This document shows positions 44,232 to 57,300 of a stretch of DNA of 64,000 bases, in pieces. The notes beneath the pieces are model-generated. The model did not search any database. It was not told the DNA's origin and saw nothing but the letters and a program-made list of their open reading frames with translations. Both the position numbers and the translations under genes were made by a program. Position 1 is the first letter of the stretch. The number at the start of each line of letters is the position of its first letter. The stretch is taken from assembly GCA_951406725.2 (NCBI GenBank), contig OX597822.1, forward strand, positions 93,992,001-94,056,000, in the 5' to 3' direction. Source of the DNA: Octopus vulgaris (Eukaryota).

Positions 44232-44621
44232 AAGTGGATGGAAGCACTCCGTCGGTTACGACGATGAGGGTTCCGGTTGATCCGAATCAACGGAACAGCC
44301 TGCTCGTGAAATTAACGTGTAAGTGGCTGAGCACTCCACAGACACGTGTACCCTTAACATAGTTCTCGGGGATATTCAGCGTGACACAGAGAGTGACAAG
44401 GCCGGCCCCTTGAAATACAGGTACAACAGAAACAGGAAGTAAGAGTGAGAGAAAGTTGTGGTGAAAGAGTACAGCAGGGATCACCACCATCCCTGCCGGA
44501 GCCTTGTGGAGCTCTTAGGTGTTTTCGCTCAATAAACACTCACAATGCCCGGTCTGGGAATCGAAACCGTGATCCTATGACCGCGAGTCCGCTGCCCTAA
44601 CCACTGGGCCATTGCGCCTCC
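44232..44621 (-). mobile_element. SINE family B (head GGAGGCGCAATGGCCCAGTGGTTAGGGCAGCGGACTCGCG)
   Basis: Pol III A/B-box-like head; flanked by the direct repeat (C)CTTATTACAAAGT (~44223, ~44621). Other copies at 41147-41403, 43345-43639, 48533-48900, 59803-60103. Confidence 0.85.
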
Positions 44622-45388
44622 TTATTACAAAGTACTGCAATGTGGTTAAAAAAAAAGAAACATTAGAAGTCAAAATTAGTGATATTTGGTATAGTGGTTT
44701 CTGCTAACCCAATGGCTAGCAAATAAGAAAGAACAACAGTTATTAACACTAAATGTAATATTTTATTCCAGAATGAAATATGTATTAAAATAATTTTTTT
44801 TTCATCATTGTAAATTCTTAAATTAAAAAGATCAAATTGGGGGGAAAAAAATGATTCCAATAAAACTAAATGTATTCAACATTGAAATATATAAAACATC
44901 AGAAAAATAATTTCATTTTCATAATTATTCGAAATATACTTTGCAAATTCTAGGCACGAACTTTAGTTGCCAATGAAGGTTGTTAGGTTTAGAATCAAAG
45001 AAAAGAAAAGAGAGAGAAGAAGGAAAAGAGAGACAAAGGGGAAAAGAGCAGGAGAAGTGGGGGGGGGGGCAAAGAGAAGAAAATACAGAAACTGGAGAGG
45101 GAAGAAAAAAAAGAAAAATCTCAAAATATTAAAAATTGTAACAGAAAATAAAGAATAGAAATATTTTGGTCTGAGATGACAACTTCTAACATTTAACAGT
45201 TTATATATTATGATAGGTCTTGTTCTTGGGAATCAACAAGGGAAGATGATGTCTTCCATTGAGTTCCAATGGCTTAATCTCTTGTGGAACATTTCTATGA
45301 AACGGTTCTTGTAAAGAAAGCTACGTGATTAGATACAATATATAGTTTTACTAATCTATTAAACATTCACTATCATTGCAACTATCAG

Positions 45389-45419
<31 letters not shown>

Positions 45420-46211
45420 CACAACCAATATATCATATATGTGATATAACGACTGTCGTTTTGTTAAACACATTATATACACACACACACACACATATAC
45501 ATACATACATATATACACATATACATATATATACACAAATGTATATATGTGTGTATGTATGCATGTATATATATATATGTATGTATGTATGTATATATGT
45601 GTGTGTGTATGTATGTATGTATATGTGTGTGTGTATGTATGTATGTATGTATGTATGTATATATATATATATATCAAAATAAGCAACAAGTATATCTTCG
45701 GTAATTTGGTACGATCGTTTCATGCTACTTCATTTTATTAAACATTGTAAGTATTACATCAGTTTTAAAATGTTGAGCAATCTTCAGCCATCTACAGAAG
45801 TCTTCCATCAAACGTAAATTTTGCTGAACTTATATATATATATATATATATATTCACTGTTTTAACATCCACTTTACTATGCTTGCATGGGTCAGAATAA
45901 GTTTGTTGAGGCAGATTTTCTTTGGCCAAATGCTTTTCCTGATGCTGATCCTCACCTATTTCAAGCAAAAGCAATTATTTCCCTTAACCTGGACATCTTT
46001 TTCACAGGAGACTGCAAGCAAATGGCACCCCTTTTGCATGAGTAGTGACTTCTTTTACAATCTGTGTGTGATGTCAAGATAAGTAGATATGAACACACAC
46101 ACGACAGGCTTCTGTCAGCTCTGGTTTTCTGGATTCACTCAAAAAGGCTATAAATAGAAGACACATGCTTAAAGTGGCATGCAATGGGACTGAACCTGAA
46201 ACCATTGTGCC

Positions 46212-46247
<36 letters not shown>

Positions 46248-46589
46248 CGTGTGTGTGTGTGAAGTTGTCAGCTTAGTGGTTACAGTATTCGGCTCAAGAT
46301 GGTAAAGTCATGAGTTCAATTCCTGATGACCTGTGTTGTGTCCTTGAGCAAGACACTTTATTTCACGTTGCTCCAGTCCACTCAGTCGGTAAAAATGAGT
46401 AAGTAGTACCTGTATTTCAAAGGACCAGCTTTGTCACATTCTGTGTCAAGCTGAATCTTCCGGAGAATGATGTTCAGGGTACATGTGTCTGTGGAGCGCT
46501 CAGCCACTTGCATGTTAATTACACAAGCAGGCTGTTCCGTTGATTGGATCAACTGGAACCCTCATTGTCATAACTGAAGGAACATATAA

Positions 46590-46623
<34 letters not shown>

Positions 46624-46652
46624 ATATATGTGTTTGTGTGTGTGTGTATGTG

Positions 46653-46688
<36 letters not shown>

Positions 46689-48002
46689 AATACAATTCTA
46701 CATGTACGTATGATGTTTGTGTGGATGTATGTACTAAATCTTCCTTCCAGGGACAGTGTTCATGGCAAGAGGTGTCATCATGTGTCCTCTCCACTCCTGC
46801 ATTTTTGTCTTTTGTACAACTACAACAATGGCTTTTGCCCTTTTGAACTAAGTAACTAGATACTTTCTGTTTCTGTACTCAGGCCCATCTTACGCACAAG
46901 TCCTTCCTCCTCTTATCCTCCCGACTTTGTCCCATTTCATTTCCCTTCTGCCAGTCCTTCCTCCAAAGAATTACACTCCTCTAGAACTTCCTATTTGCCT
47001 AGGGTCTTTCATTTGTATTTTTGTGATTTATTAATGCGTAAAAATGGCCCACAGAGGCTGAACACCAGCTGTATTAAATCTCACCAGTTTGACATGACTG
47101 CAGAGGTCACAGGCTTCTTCACTGATTAACCTATTAAAAAAATATCTGTCAATAAAACGATTTCCATTGATTATTTTAAATCATACATCTTGGACAAATT
47201 TATTTGCCAAATGTTTATTTACTGCATGGCCAGAATTCAAACTGTTTCTAACCAAATAATGAACGTGAAAAAACACGATATTCTCACCAAATTTCTAACA
47301 AACACTTCAAATATTTTCTGAGTCAAATGTGTTTGGAATGACCATTTTTTGCTAATCAAAGACTATTTTTAAGAAATTTTCTTAGAAAACATACAGACCA
47401 GAAAAAATATTTATCAACAGAGTTGATCTCAAGAATCATTTATTTGTCTATTCATTTATTCGCTTGTTTGTAATGTTCATGCCTTTCCCAAAATCTTTTT
47501 AGCAATACCCTCATGATAAAAATATTTGTCTCGTGCATGTGCACAAAGCCTCAAATTTATTGGGAGGCTGAAATAAAATGTTGCGATGCTTATGCATTAG
47601 CAGAATGATGGCAGGAAAGTTCTAGAAAAAAAAAAATGCCCCAGCATGGCTGCGGCCTTCGGGCTAAAACATTTTTAAGGATTTATATATTTCATAAACA
47701 ACAAAATGGTCTGTAGGAATACACAAACCTATGTTTCGGCTGATTTTAAAACCATGCTATTTATGACATTAAGAAATAGGTTGTAGGTAGGCCATATCAG
47801 AATAAGAATAGAAGAATACAGGAAACATTAAAAAAAAAAGATAAAAAGCAAACCCAAATATTTTATTGTTAAGACATTTCACAATTTATCAAATTTCTGG
47901 TAATTTTTATCAAAAATAAAATATATAAACAAAATAAAAGATAATTGGAATTCAAAAATGGATTAAAAACATTTTCACAATCATGATATTTGTTATTATT
48001 AA

Positions 48003-48054
<52 letters not shown>

Positions 48055-48208
48055 AGTATAATAAAAGAAATCCTTATTATCATTATAATTATTTTTGATT
48101 ATTGAACTGCTTTCCAACTTTATCAACATTGGAATAAATCAGATTTATAGCTGCCATTGCCAAATTGGAACCAATTACCCCAAAATCTTTTCTTTGCAAC
48201 CAAATGAA

Positions 48209-48239
<31 letters not shown>

Positions 48240-48340
48240 ATACATATAGTATTTCATATTGTGTAGTTAGATGTATGACTGCAACTGTGGAGTTTATCAT
48301 GTAAGTATATCATAAACACACACTCACACAGAAAAACACA

Positions 48341-48373
<33 letters not shown>

Positions 48374-48491
48374 TCAACATTGATAGTGACTGCTAACTTT
48401 TAAGTCTCACCACTGCAGCTGGCAACACTAATTTTGAGAAGCCTGTTTCAACAGTGAAATTTCATAGCAATCAGTCATGGTTGTCACCATC

Positions 48492-48523
<32 letters not shown>

Positions 48524-49179
48524 CAACAACAGTGGAGGCGCAATGGCCCAGTGGTTAGGGCAGCGGACTCGCGGTCAGAGGATCGCGGTTTCAATTCCCA
48601 GACCGGGTGTTGTGTGTGTTTATTGAGCGAAAACACCTAAAGCTCCACGAGGCTCCGGTAGGGGGTGGTGGAGACCCCTGTTGTACTCTTTCGCTCCAAC
48701 TTTCTCTCACTCTTTCTTCCTGTTTCTTGTCCCCGACTTCCTACGCAACCGCTGAACCTGGATGCACATTCATCCATCCGTCGATGCACTCGGTGTCAGG
48801 GGGTTGACCTGCTTTCTCTTCTGCGGGTCTTATGAATACCAAAGGACCTCGTTTCGGACTTTCTCCCACTGCAGACAGATCTGAGACGCTCAACAAACAA
48901 ACAAACAAACAACAATAGCAAGCACCACCATCCTCATCATCATCGCCATCATCATTTTTAACGTCTACTTCTCCATGCTTGCATGGATCAGACAAGATTA
49001 CATTGGAGCCAGATGTTCTAAAGCTGGCTACCCATTCTGATACCAACGTTCTCTTGTTTCCAAGCAAGGTAATGATCTTCTAGTCTAACAAACAACAAAC
49101 ATCCTACACAAAAAAAAAAAATGGAAACAAACAACACAGTCTGAATGTGACTTTCATTTTATAAAGAAGAACACAATAA

Positions 49180-49673
49180 TTAACCCTTTCGTTACCGTAT
49201 ATTTATTTTGAGGCGCTCTGTACTTCTTTCAATTATTTTAAATATAACAATGAATTTAGTAAAATAACTTAGTTAATTTAGTAACGTCTGGCCCCTGTGC
49301 CGGTGACACGTAAAAAGCACCATCTGATTGTGACTGTTTGCCAGCCTCGTCTGGCACCTGTGCAGGTGGCACGTAAAAAGCACCCACTACACTCACGGAG
49401 TGGTTGGCGTTAGGAAGGGCATCCAGCTGTAGAAACACTGCCAGATCAGACTGGGCCTGGCGCAGCCTCCTTGCTTCCCAGACCCCAGTTGAACCGTCCA
49501 ACCCATGCTAGCATGAAAAACGGATGTTAAAAGATGATGAGTTAAGCTAGTGTTAGGAACATAAATTGTGACTAAGGTTTGGTGGCAGATTTTAATTCAG
49601 ATCTTTTGAAAACAAGACATTTGTACTACAGAGTCAGAGGCGGTTTCAGGCAGGTTGATATCGAAAGGGTTAA
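49180..49673. mobile_element. second TTAA-flanked MITE family, interrupted by a SINE-like insertion (~49280-49540)
   Basis: TTAA-CCCTTTCGTTACC ... GATATCGAAAGGG-TTAA; related internal sequence at ~3780-3920, 52910-53115, 53265-53474. Confidence 0.65.
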
Positions 49674-51029
49674 GATATCCATATTATAATTCTGCTTGTT
49701 TGTTAGTTTACAAGTTACACATTAATTTGTTAGAGAGAGAAGGAGGTGGTGGGAGTGAGTGAGAGAGAGGAGGGAGAGTGAGTGAGACAGCAGATAGCCA
49801 CTCCCACTAACCATGTGGTCACATGGTTAGTGGAAGTGAGAGGTGAGGAAAAAAAAGAGAAATTACAAGGTTAAAAAGTTTGTTGAAGTGGTAGAGAGAG
49901 GAAAAGGAGAGAGGGAGGAAAGGGAGAGAAAATGTAGGAGAGGGAGAGAAAGAGAGAAGGAGAGAAAGAGTAGGAGAGAGAGTTACAATGGCTTGATGAT
50001 TCTGAAAGAGGTAAAACTGAATTAAAGAAAAAAAATATAAAATAACAGCAACAGAAAACATCATGAAAATGTAATTCCTTGAGGACCATTCTTGGGTTCA
50101 AACCCAACAGGAGGATGGTACAACAGTAAAAACAGATTCTGTAAAAGGCAGGACATATTCTTCTGTACTTGAGAACAAAAAACATAGAAAAGAGTCAGAA
50201 ATTTTTGAAGAATTTCTAAAAAATTTCCAAGAATAGAAATTCTTCTGTTAATTGAAAATAAATAAGGCATTTTTATTTTTTATTTATTTTCTGTTTTTAT
50301 TGATTTAAAGTGATGCCACATGTTGCATGTGTACTGTAAGTGGATACATCGGTATTTTCGTTGAACAGGGTTTTCTGCTTTAGCACCCCACCAAAAATGG
50401 AGCACATGTTGCAAATATCCCCGAGCTGATGTCCCCAAGAAAGATATGACTAGCCTGTGTCATAACCTCCAGATGAATGCAGCTAGAAGGGTGTGGTCAC
50501 CAGATGAACACATGAACCAAGTATTATCTAGATGAGTGCACGTCATCTAGGTGGACAACACATGCAATGGATTCCACAGTTGACCACAGCCTGTTGGCAT
50601 CACTTAAGATGGGTCTATCTAAATGCAACCCTTTGGTGTCACCTAGATGGACCTATGAAAATAACATTGGCAGGTTTGGCTCTTTTCCAGAAGTATTTGT
50701 CATCAAGTTAACTTATATTTACTGTCATTTACTGTCTGTTGTAGTGGCCTCCAAAATAAAAAGAGGTCCTTCTTCTTGCAAGACATGAAAAACTCAGCAT
50801 TAGCTCAACAGAACTTCAGCTCCCGAGTGTAACCCCTCCAGTTCAAACAAACGAACAGTAAAATTAGCATTAGCAAACGACAAGAGGATGTGTACAAGGA
50901 ATGTATTAGTTTTATGCTCAGTAAAAAGAGAGAGTTTTTGATATTTTGAGCATTGCTCTTCATCAGAAAGGAGAAAGAAAAAGAAATCCAAGAAAGAAAA
51001 GAAATCACCAACAACACATGTAGTTACAT

Positions 51030-51098
<69 letters not shown>

Positions 51099-51099
51099 G

Positions 51100-51165
<66 letters not shown>

Positions 51166-53656
51166 TATATATATACACACACACACACAAGGTGGAAAAA
51201 GTCACACACAGAATACGTTCAATACACTCCAGAATTGTTAACAGACATTCTTCAACTTCTCTAAAATTGAATAAAATAATGATATGTCAAATGTTTTGGT
51301 GAGTAACTTTCGGCTCACCCTATATATATGCCAGACTCCTTCCAGCATCTACCAAATCCCCTCACGAGGCAGAAGTCAATTTGCGGCTGTAGTAGAAGAC
51401 AGCCCCTACCCCCCAAAAAAGGTGTCCCACAGTTGGACTGAACTGAGACATTCGAGAAGTTTACTTCTCAAGCGCATAACCATGCCTGCACCTGCATGTG
51501 TAAATGTGTGTTTATATGCAACATGTGCTCATTAATGCCGCTTGAAGAGATTTACCTGGATTGAATTGAAGATAAAATTAGAGTAATATTTTATAAACTA
51601 GACTACAAGACACAATTGATTTAGTTTTCTTCAAGTATCAAGTGAGATAGCTGATGTGCTAACGTTTCTGCCAGCTCACCGCCTTTGGATGAAATACCAC
51701 TAAGCCTTTTCCCTGGTGCAGTAATAATGATAATAGGTTCAAAGTTTGGCACAAGGCCAGCAATTTCAGGGGCAGGAGTAAGTCGATTATATTGGCCCCA
51801 GGGCTGAACTAGTACTTATTTTATCAACCCTGAAAGGATGAAAGGTAAAGTGGAACTCAGTGGAATTTGAACTCAGAATGTAAAGAAATGCTGCTAAGCA
51901 TTTCACCCAGCATGCAAAAAATTCCGCAGGCTTGCTGCCTTAACATCAGCTTTAATAATGGTGTAATATTTTACCATATTCTTCACTGTTTCTAAATTTT
52001 ATTGGAATATTTCATTTTAATTCCACCGAGCTCCTTGCATTAGTATTCATCTGAAGAACTTAACTCAGAAAAGGGTATGAAAGGTAAAGTTGACTATCAC
52101 TGGATTTGAACATACAACATGGAGGGAAAAATCTAAATATTTGGAATAAAGGGCATTATAGTAGAAATACTGTATCGTTTATTTCTGCTAACTTTCTACC
52201 GCTACTAAAACCGAGAAACTGAATAACATAATTCTTCTTAAAAAAATCTACTTTAGCTATGGTAAATCTATGCCAGCATGGAGAGCGAACATCATATGAC
52301 GATGACGAGTGTATGTATGTGTATGTGCATAAATATATATATATATATATATATACATATGTATAGATAGATAGATAGATAGAGAGATAGAGAGAGAGAG
52401 AGAGACAGACAGACAGTCAGACAGACATACAGATATAGATATATGTTCTACATGTGTGTGCATGTTTGTGTGTATATATATATATACATAGAAAGAGAGA
52501 GAGAGAAATGTATGTTTATATAGGTACACGAGAGATGGAATAAGGTGTTAGAAGTTGGTATTAGAATCAAGAAAGCTAACAAGAAATATATTTATTTTCC
52601 AATTTTTAGAAATTAGAAAAGAGAAAAAGAAGTGGAAAAAAAACAGTACTGCTTGGGTTCTTACAATAAATGGAAACAAAAAAATATATTTATAAGAAAA
52701 CAAAAAAAACCCCTCAAAACTCTGAAGTAAAGTTGGCTTTCAGTTCTCATCAACATTATGTAATTAAAGAGCAGCATGGAATTTATTACCAAAATCTTCA
52801 GGAAACGGTTTTAGTAGAGCAATATGTAGAATAATCTACATAGAATCAAATATTGGGATGTAACACAAAGAAAAAATAAAGGTAATTTGAATTTTCTTTT
52901 TTTTGATTAACCCACCTGAGACTGGTTAGAATTTTATTACACAAACTATCTGTTTTAAAATGATTTAAATCGAAACCTCCCATCAAAATTTCTTACTAAT
53001 TTATATTCCAAAGACCAGTTTAATAAGGAGAAAGATATTTTATTAAATTCTTTATTTTCGAAATTAATTGAAATAAAACCAGATTGATTCAACAGAAATA
53101 TAGTAAAAGAAATGTTGAAATTGGAAAAAAAAATTTTTATTTACATTATCATTATTGTTATCATTAATTGTAGCATTATATTTTTTTCCCCCTCTTTAGA
53201 AAATATGGCAAGAATTTTCCTTCTTACAGAAAATAGGTCTTACTAATAACAGTGAAACAAAAATTCAACCCTTTTGATACCAATATGCTTAAGAACACAT
53301 CTAGTCCTATGATACAATCTCCTTGTTTTAAAATATTAAAATCTTTCATCAAAATTTCATCAGCTTAAATAATAATGGCTAAGTTTTTTTTTTTACAAGA
53401 TACTTCATTACGTTCAAATTTAAATGAAACAAAGTGCAGGGCATTTCAAAGAAAACATGGTAACAAAAAGGTTAACTGTATGAAATATTTCATATCCCCC
53501 CCCCCCCACTTCTCTCTCTGCCTTACCATTTTCTAGAAATGTTAAATCTTGGAACACATTTTAATATTTTCTAGTATCTATGGTGAATTATTACACACAT
53601 GTGAGTGAGAACACTTTGAGATATTTTTGATATCTAACATATGTCAGATACTGCAA

Positions 53657-53765
53657 GCACTGCTTCTGATTGGTCAATCCATGGTGATGACCCGAGGTCA
53701 CGGTGACAGCGCTGCTTCTGATTGGTCAATCCATGGTGATGACCTGAGGTCACGGTGACGGCACT
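53657..53765. repeat. 52-bp GC-balanced tandem duplication
   Basis: GCRCTGCTTCTGATTGGTCAATCCATGGTGATGACCYGAGGTCACGGTGACR x2. Confidence 0.9.
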
Positions 53766-54148
53766 ACTTTTGTCATTCATAAGTTACAACTAAACGTGAA
53801 GAATTTAGTTATTGGGTTAATAAAATATGGTCGTTTATTCGTGTGTAATAAATAAAATACCAAACCCATTTCCTATGGATACCGTATTTATTACGTTTAC
53901 AAGCCACTCGTTGTAATAAATACAGTATCCGTAGGGAACTCGTTTGGTATTCTCTATATACTGTAATTACTTTAAGTTCCATAAATATGATAAACAAAAA
54001 AAAAAAATCAAGCATTTAGAAAAAAATGATGATATAGAATGATGGGATAGATATCAGATAAAGAACAACTTCCATCATTTTGGGGCAGTAATACAAGAAT
54101 GTCTGTTTAGTTGCTTGAGCAATTGGTTTCAGTCAAGATGTTGAGTTT

Positions 54149-54355
54149 CTAATCAACAGGGAAACACTCACGTACAAGCTGTAAATAGTTCCGTTCTGTA
54201 ATCTCAACAAATTGTTTTTCATCTCGGCTGAAGATGGAAACGTTACCCGTGCGAACGTCAATCCAAATGGCATGCAGACGAATTTGGTTCTTGGACAGCT
54301 TCTCGTGTAGAATTGGAAAAGTGGCAATATTTTGCAGTTGTTGAAGGCAGTTTAC
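54149..54355 (-). CDS. beta-CA terminal exon (VNCLQQLQNIA...ECFPVD*)
   Basis: ttcacag|GTA...TAG; resembles animal beta-CA NTLQQ..NIAS...HALWFDIYTG..YYFSR. Confidence 0.92.
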   Translation of the reverse strand, partial: VNCLQQLQNIATFPILHEKLSKNQIRLHAIWIDVRTGNVSIFSRDEKQFVEITERNYLQLVRECFPVD

Positions 54356-57300
54356 CTGTGAAAATGTACAGAGAAAGAATGGCTTGATTAGTTTTTTGAA
54401 TTTTTCAAAGTTTTCTTTGTCTTTCACTGGTTTCAGTCAGTGTACTGCGGCCATGCTGGAGCACTGCCTTGAGAGGTTTTTGTCCCAACAAATCAACCCC
54501 AATACTTACTTTAAGCCTGGTACTTCTGGTACTTATTCTATTCATCTCTTTTGCTTAAGTGATATGTTATGGGGATGTAAACAAACCAATACCAGTTATC
54601 AAATGCAAACACGAAAACATACACATACATACACACAGACACATACACACACATATATATATATACATATATATACATACATATATAAATATATATATAT
54701 AAATATATATATATAAATACATATATAAATATATATCTATATATATACATATTTAAATATATATATATATATATACATACATATATATATAAATACATAT
54801 ATATATAAATACTTATATAAATATATATGTATATATACATACATAAATATAACGGACGTTAAACGATGATGATGATGATGATGATGATACATACATAAAT
54901 ATATATGTATATATATATACATACATATATAAATATATATATATGTATAAATATATATGTATATATATATATATATCTTTTACTTGTTTCAGTCATTTGA
55001 CTGCGGCCATGCTGGAGCACCGCCTTTAGTCGAGCAAATCGACCCCAGAACTTATTCTTTGTAAGCCTACTACTTATTCTATCGGTCTCTTTTGCCGAAC
55101 CGCTAAGTTACAGGGACATAAACACACCAGCATCGGTTGTCAAACGATGTTGGGGAGGACAAACACAGACACACACACATACATATATATATATATTACG
55201 GGCTTCTTTCAGTTTCTGTCTACCAAAGCCTTGTGAGTGGATTTGGTTGACGGAAACTGAAAGAAGCCTGTCGTATATACATATATATGTGTGTGTATGT
55301 TTGTGTGTCTGTGTTTGTCCCAACATAGCTTAACAACCGATGCTGGTGTCTTTACGTCCCCGTAACTCAGTTTTAAATCTTTATTTGCTGAACTGTTAAG
55401 TTACAGGACTTAAACAACATAAACATGAACAAAAAAAAAACAACACGTACATACATACAGTAGTGGCCATAATATAAGGGTCAGTAAGAACAAATGTATT
55501 GAAATAGTTATTATAGAAAATTAACAACCTGTTGAGACTAGATACTTTACACATATTTGGAGATATCTAATATCTATCTTTCTTGAAAATTTCAAGTGAA
55601 TGGAATAAATATTTCCTAAGTTATGACAAAATAAACAATCTTCCAAATTGTAGCAGCCAAAAGTTAAGGGTCACTTAGAAAAAAATGAACTACTAGTAGT
55701 GGCTGTGTGGTAAGTAGCTGGCTTACCAACCACATGGTTCCGGGTTCAGTCCCACTGCGTGGCACCTTGGGCAAGTGTCTTCTACTAGAGCCTCGGGCCA
55801 ACCAAAGCTTTTTAAGTGGATTTGGTAGACGGAATCTGAAAGAAGCCTGTTGTATATATGTATATGTGTAAATATATGAGTGCGTGTGTGTGTGTTTGTG
55901 TGTCTGTGTTTGTCCCCCTAACATAGCTTGACAACCGATGCTGGAGTGTTTGCGTCCCCATAACTTAGCAGTTCGGCAAAAGAGACTGATAGAATAAGTA
56001 GTAGGCTTACAAAGAATAAGCTCTGGGGTCGACTTGCTTGACTAAAGGCGGTGCTCCAGCATGGCCGCAGTCAACTGACTGAAACAAGTAAGAGTATTAA
56101 CCAAGGTATTTGTTGTTTAGAAGACTGTTAATGGGCTAACAGCTACTTCTTATGATCTTACAATATTGGAATACTGAACTGTCAACATGGTGACTTGTGA
56201 GAGATGACTGATGTCTTGTGATAAAAAACAAAGGATTGTGTGTCTTCACCAAGAGGGCAAGTCAAATTCTGTGATAGCAACTACTGTAGAAAGGTCTAGA
56301 AGTGTTGTGCAATGAATTGTAGCTCGTTTTAAAGTCATTAACATCAACAGATGCTAAACCCAAAACCAGTGGACCTAGTAAAACTTCACCAAGACAGGAT
56401 CGTATTATGGTTAGAATGTCACTGAAGGAAAGGATAGGTTTAAGAGTGCTGCTGAGATATCTTGCAAGTTTAGCTCCATTTCCGATGTCAACATATCATG
56501 CAAAACAGTTTCTCAGAGGTTATGAGGTTCTGGGTTGCTTGCTCGGGCACCAGCAAAGAAACTTCTGATCTCCAAGAAGAATCAAAGAGCCTGTCTTCAT
56601 TTCATTCATGAAAATGTTGTTTGGACAGAAGAACAGTGGTCACAGATTCATTTTAGCAATGAATCGAAATTTAATGTGATTGGTTCTGATGGCGGGATGT
56701 ATGTATGATGAAGAAGTGGTGAAAGGTTATCTTGTGCATGTGTGAAGAAGAAATTGAAATATGGCAGAGGCAGTGTAATGGTACAGGGAGTAATCTCTGC
56801 TACTGGTCCTGGTCCACTTATTCACCTACAAGGGACTGTCAATGCTGAAATCTACAAGCAGATTCTTAGATATCATACCCTTCCACATCTCTGATCCTTG
56901 TCAGTTCAACCTCCTACCTTTGTGCAGGACAACACTCCCTGTCACACTGCGAAGAGAGTCAAAGATTTTTTTAGTGATGAAGGGGTTGATCTCATGGACT
57001 GGCCACCTCAAAGTCCCAATCTCAACCCTATAGAAAACATTTGGAAGATTAATCGGATCTTTGGAGATGGGGCGCAAAGAAGAAATCCAAAAAAAACAAG
57101 ATGAACTCTGGGAATTATTGAAAAATAAATGGAACAATATTACTCTATCATTTTACAAGAAATTAATTCAGTCCTAAGGTAACAGATGTCAGGAGGTGAC
57201 CCTTAACTTTTGGCTATTACAGTTTGGAAGATTATTTGTTTATTTCCCCATAACTTACAAAATATTTATTCCATTCACTTGAAATTTTCATGAAAGATAG

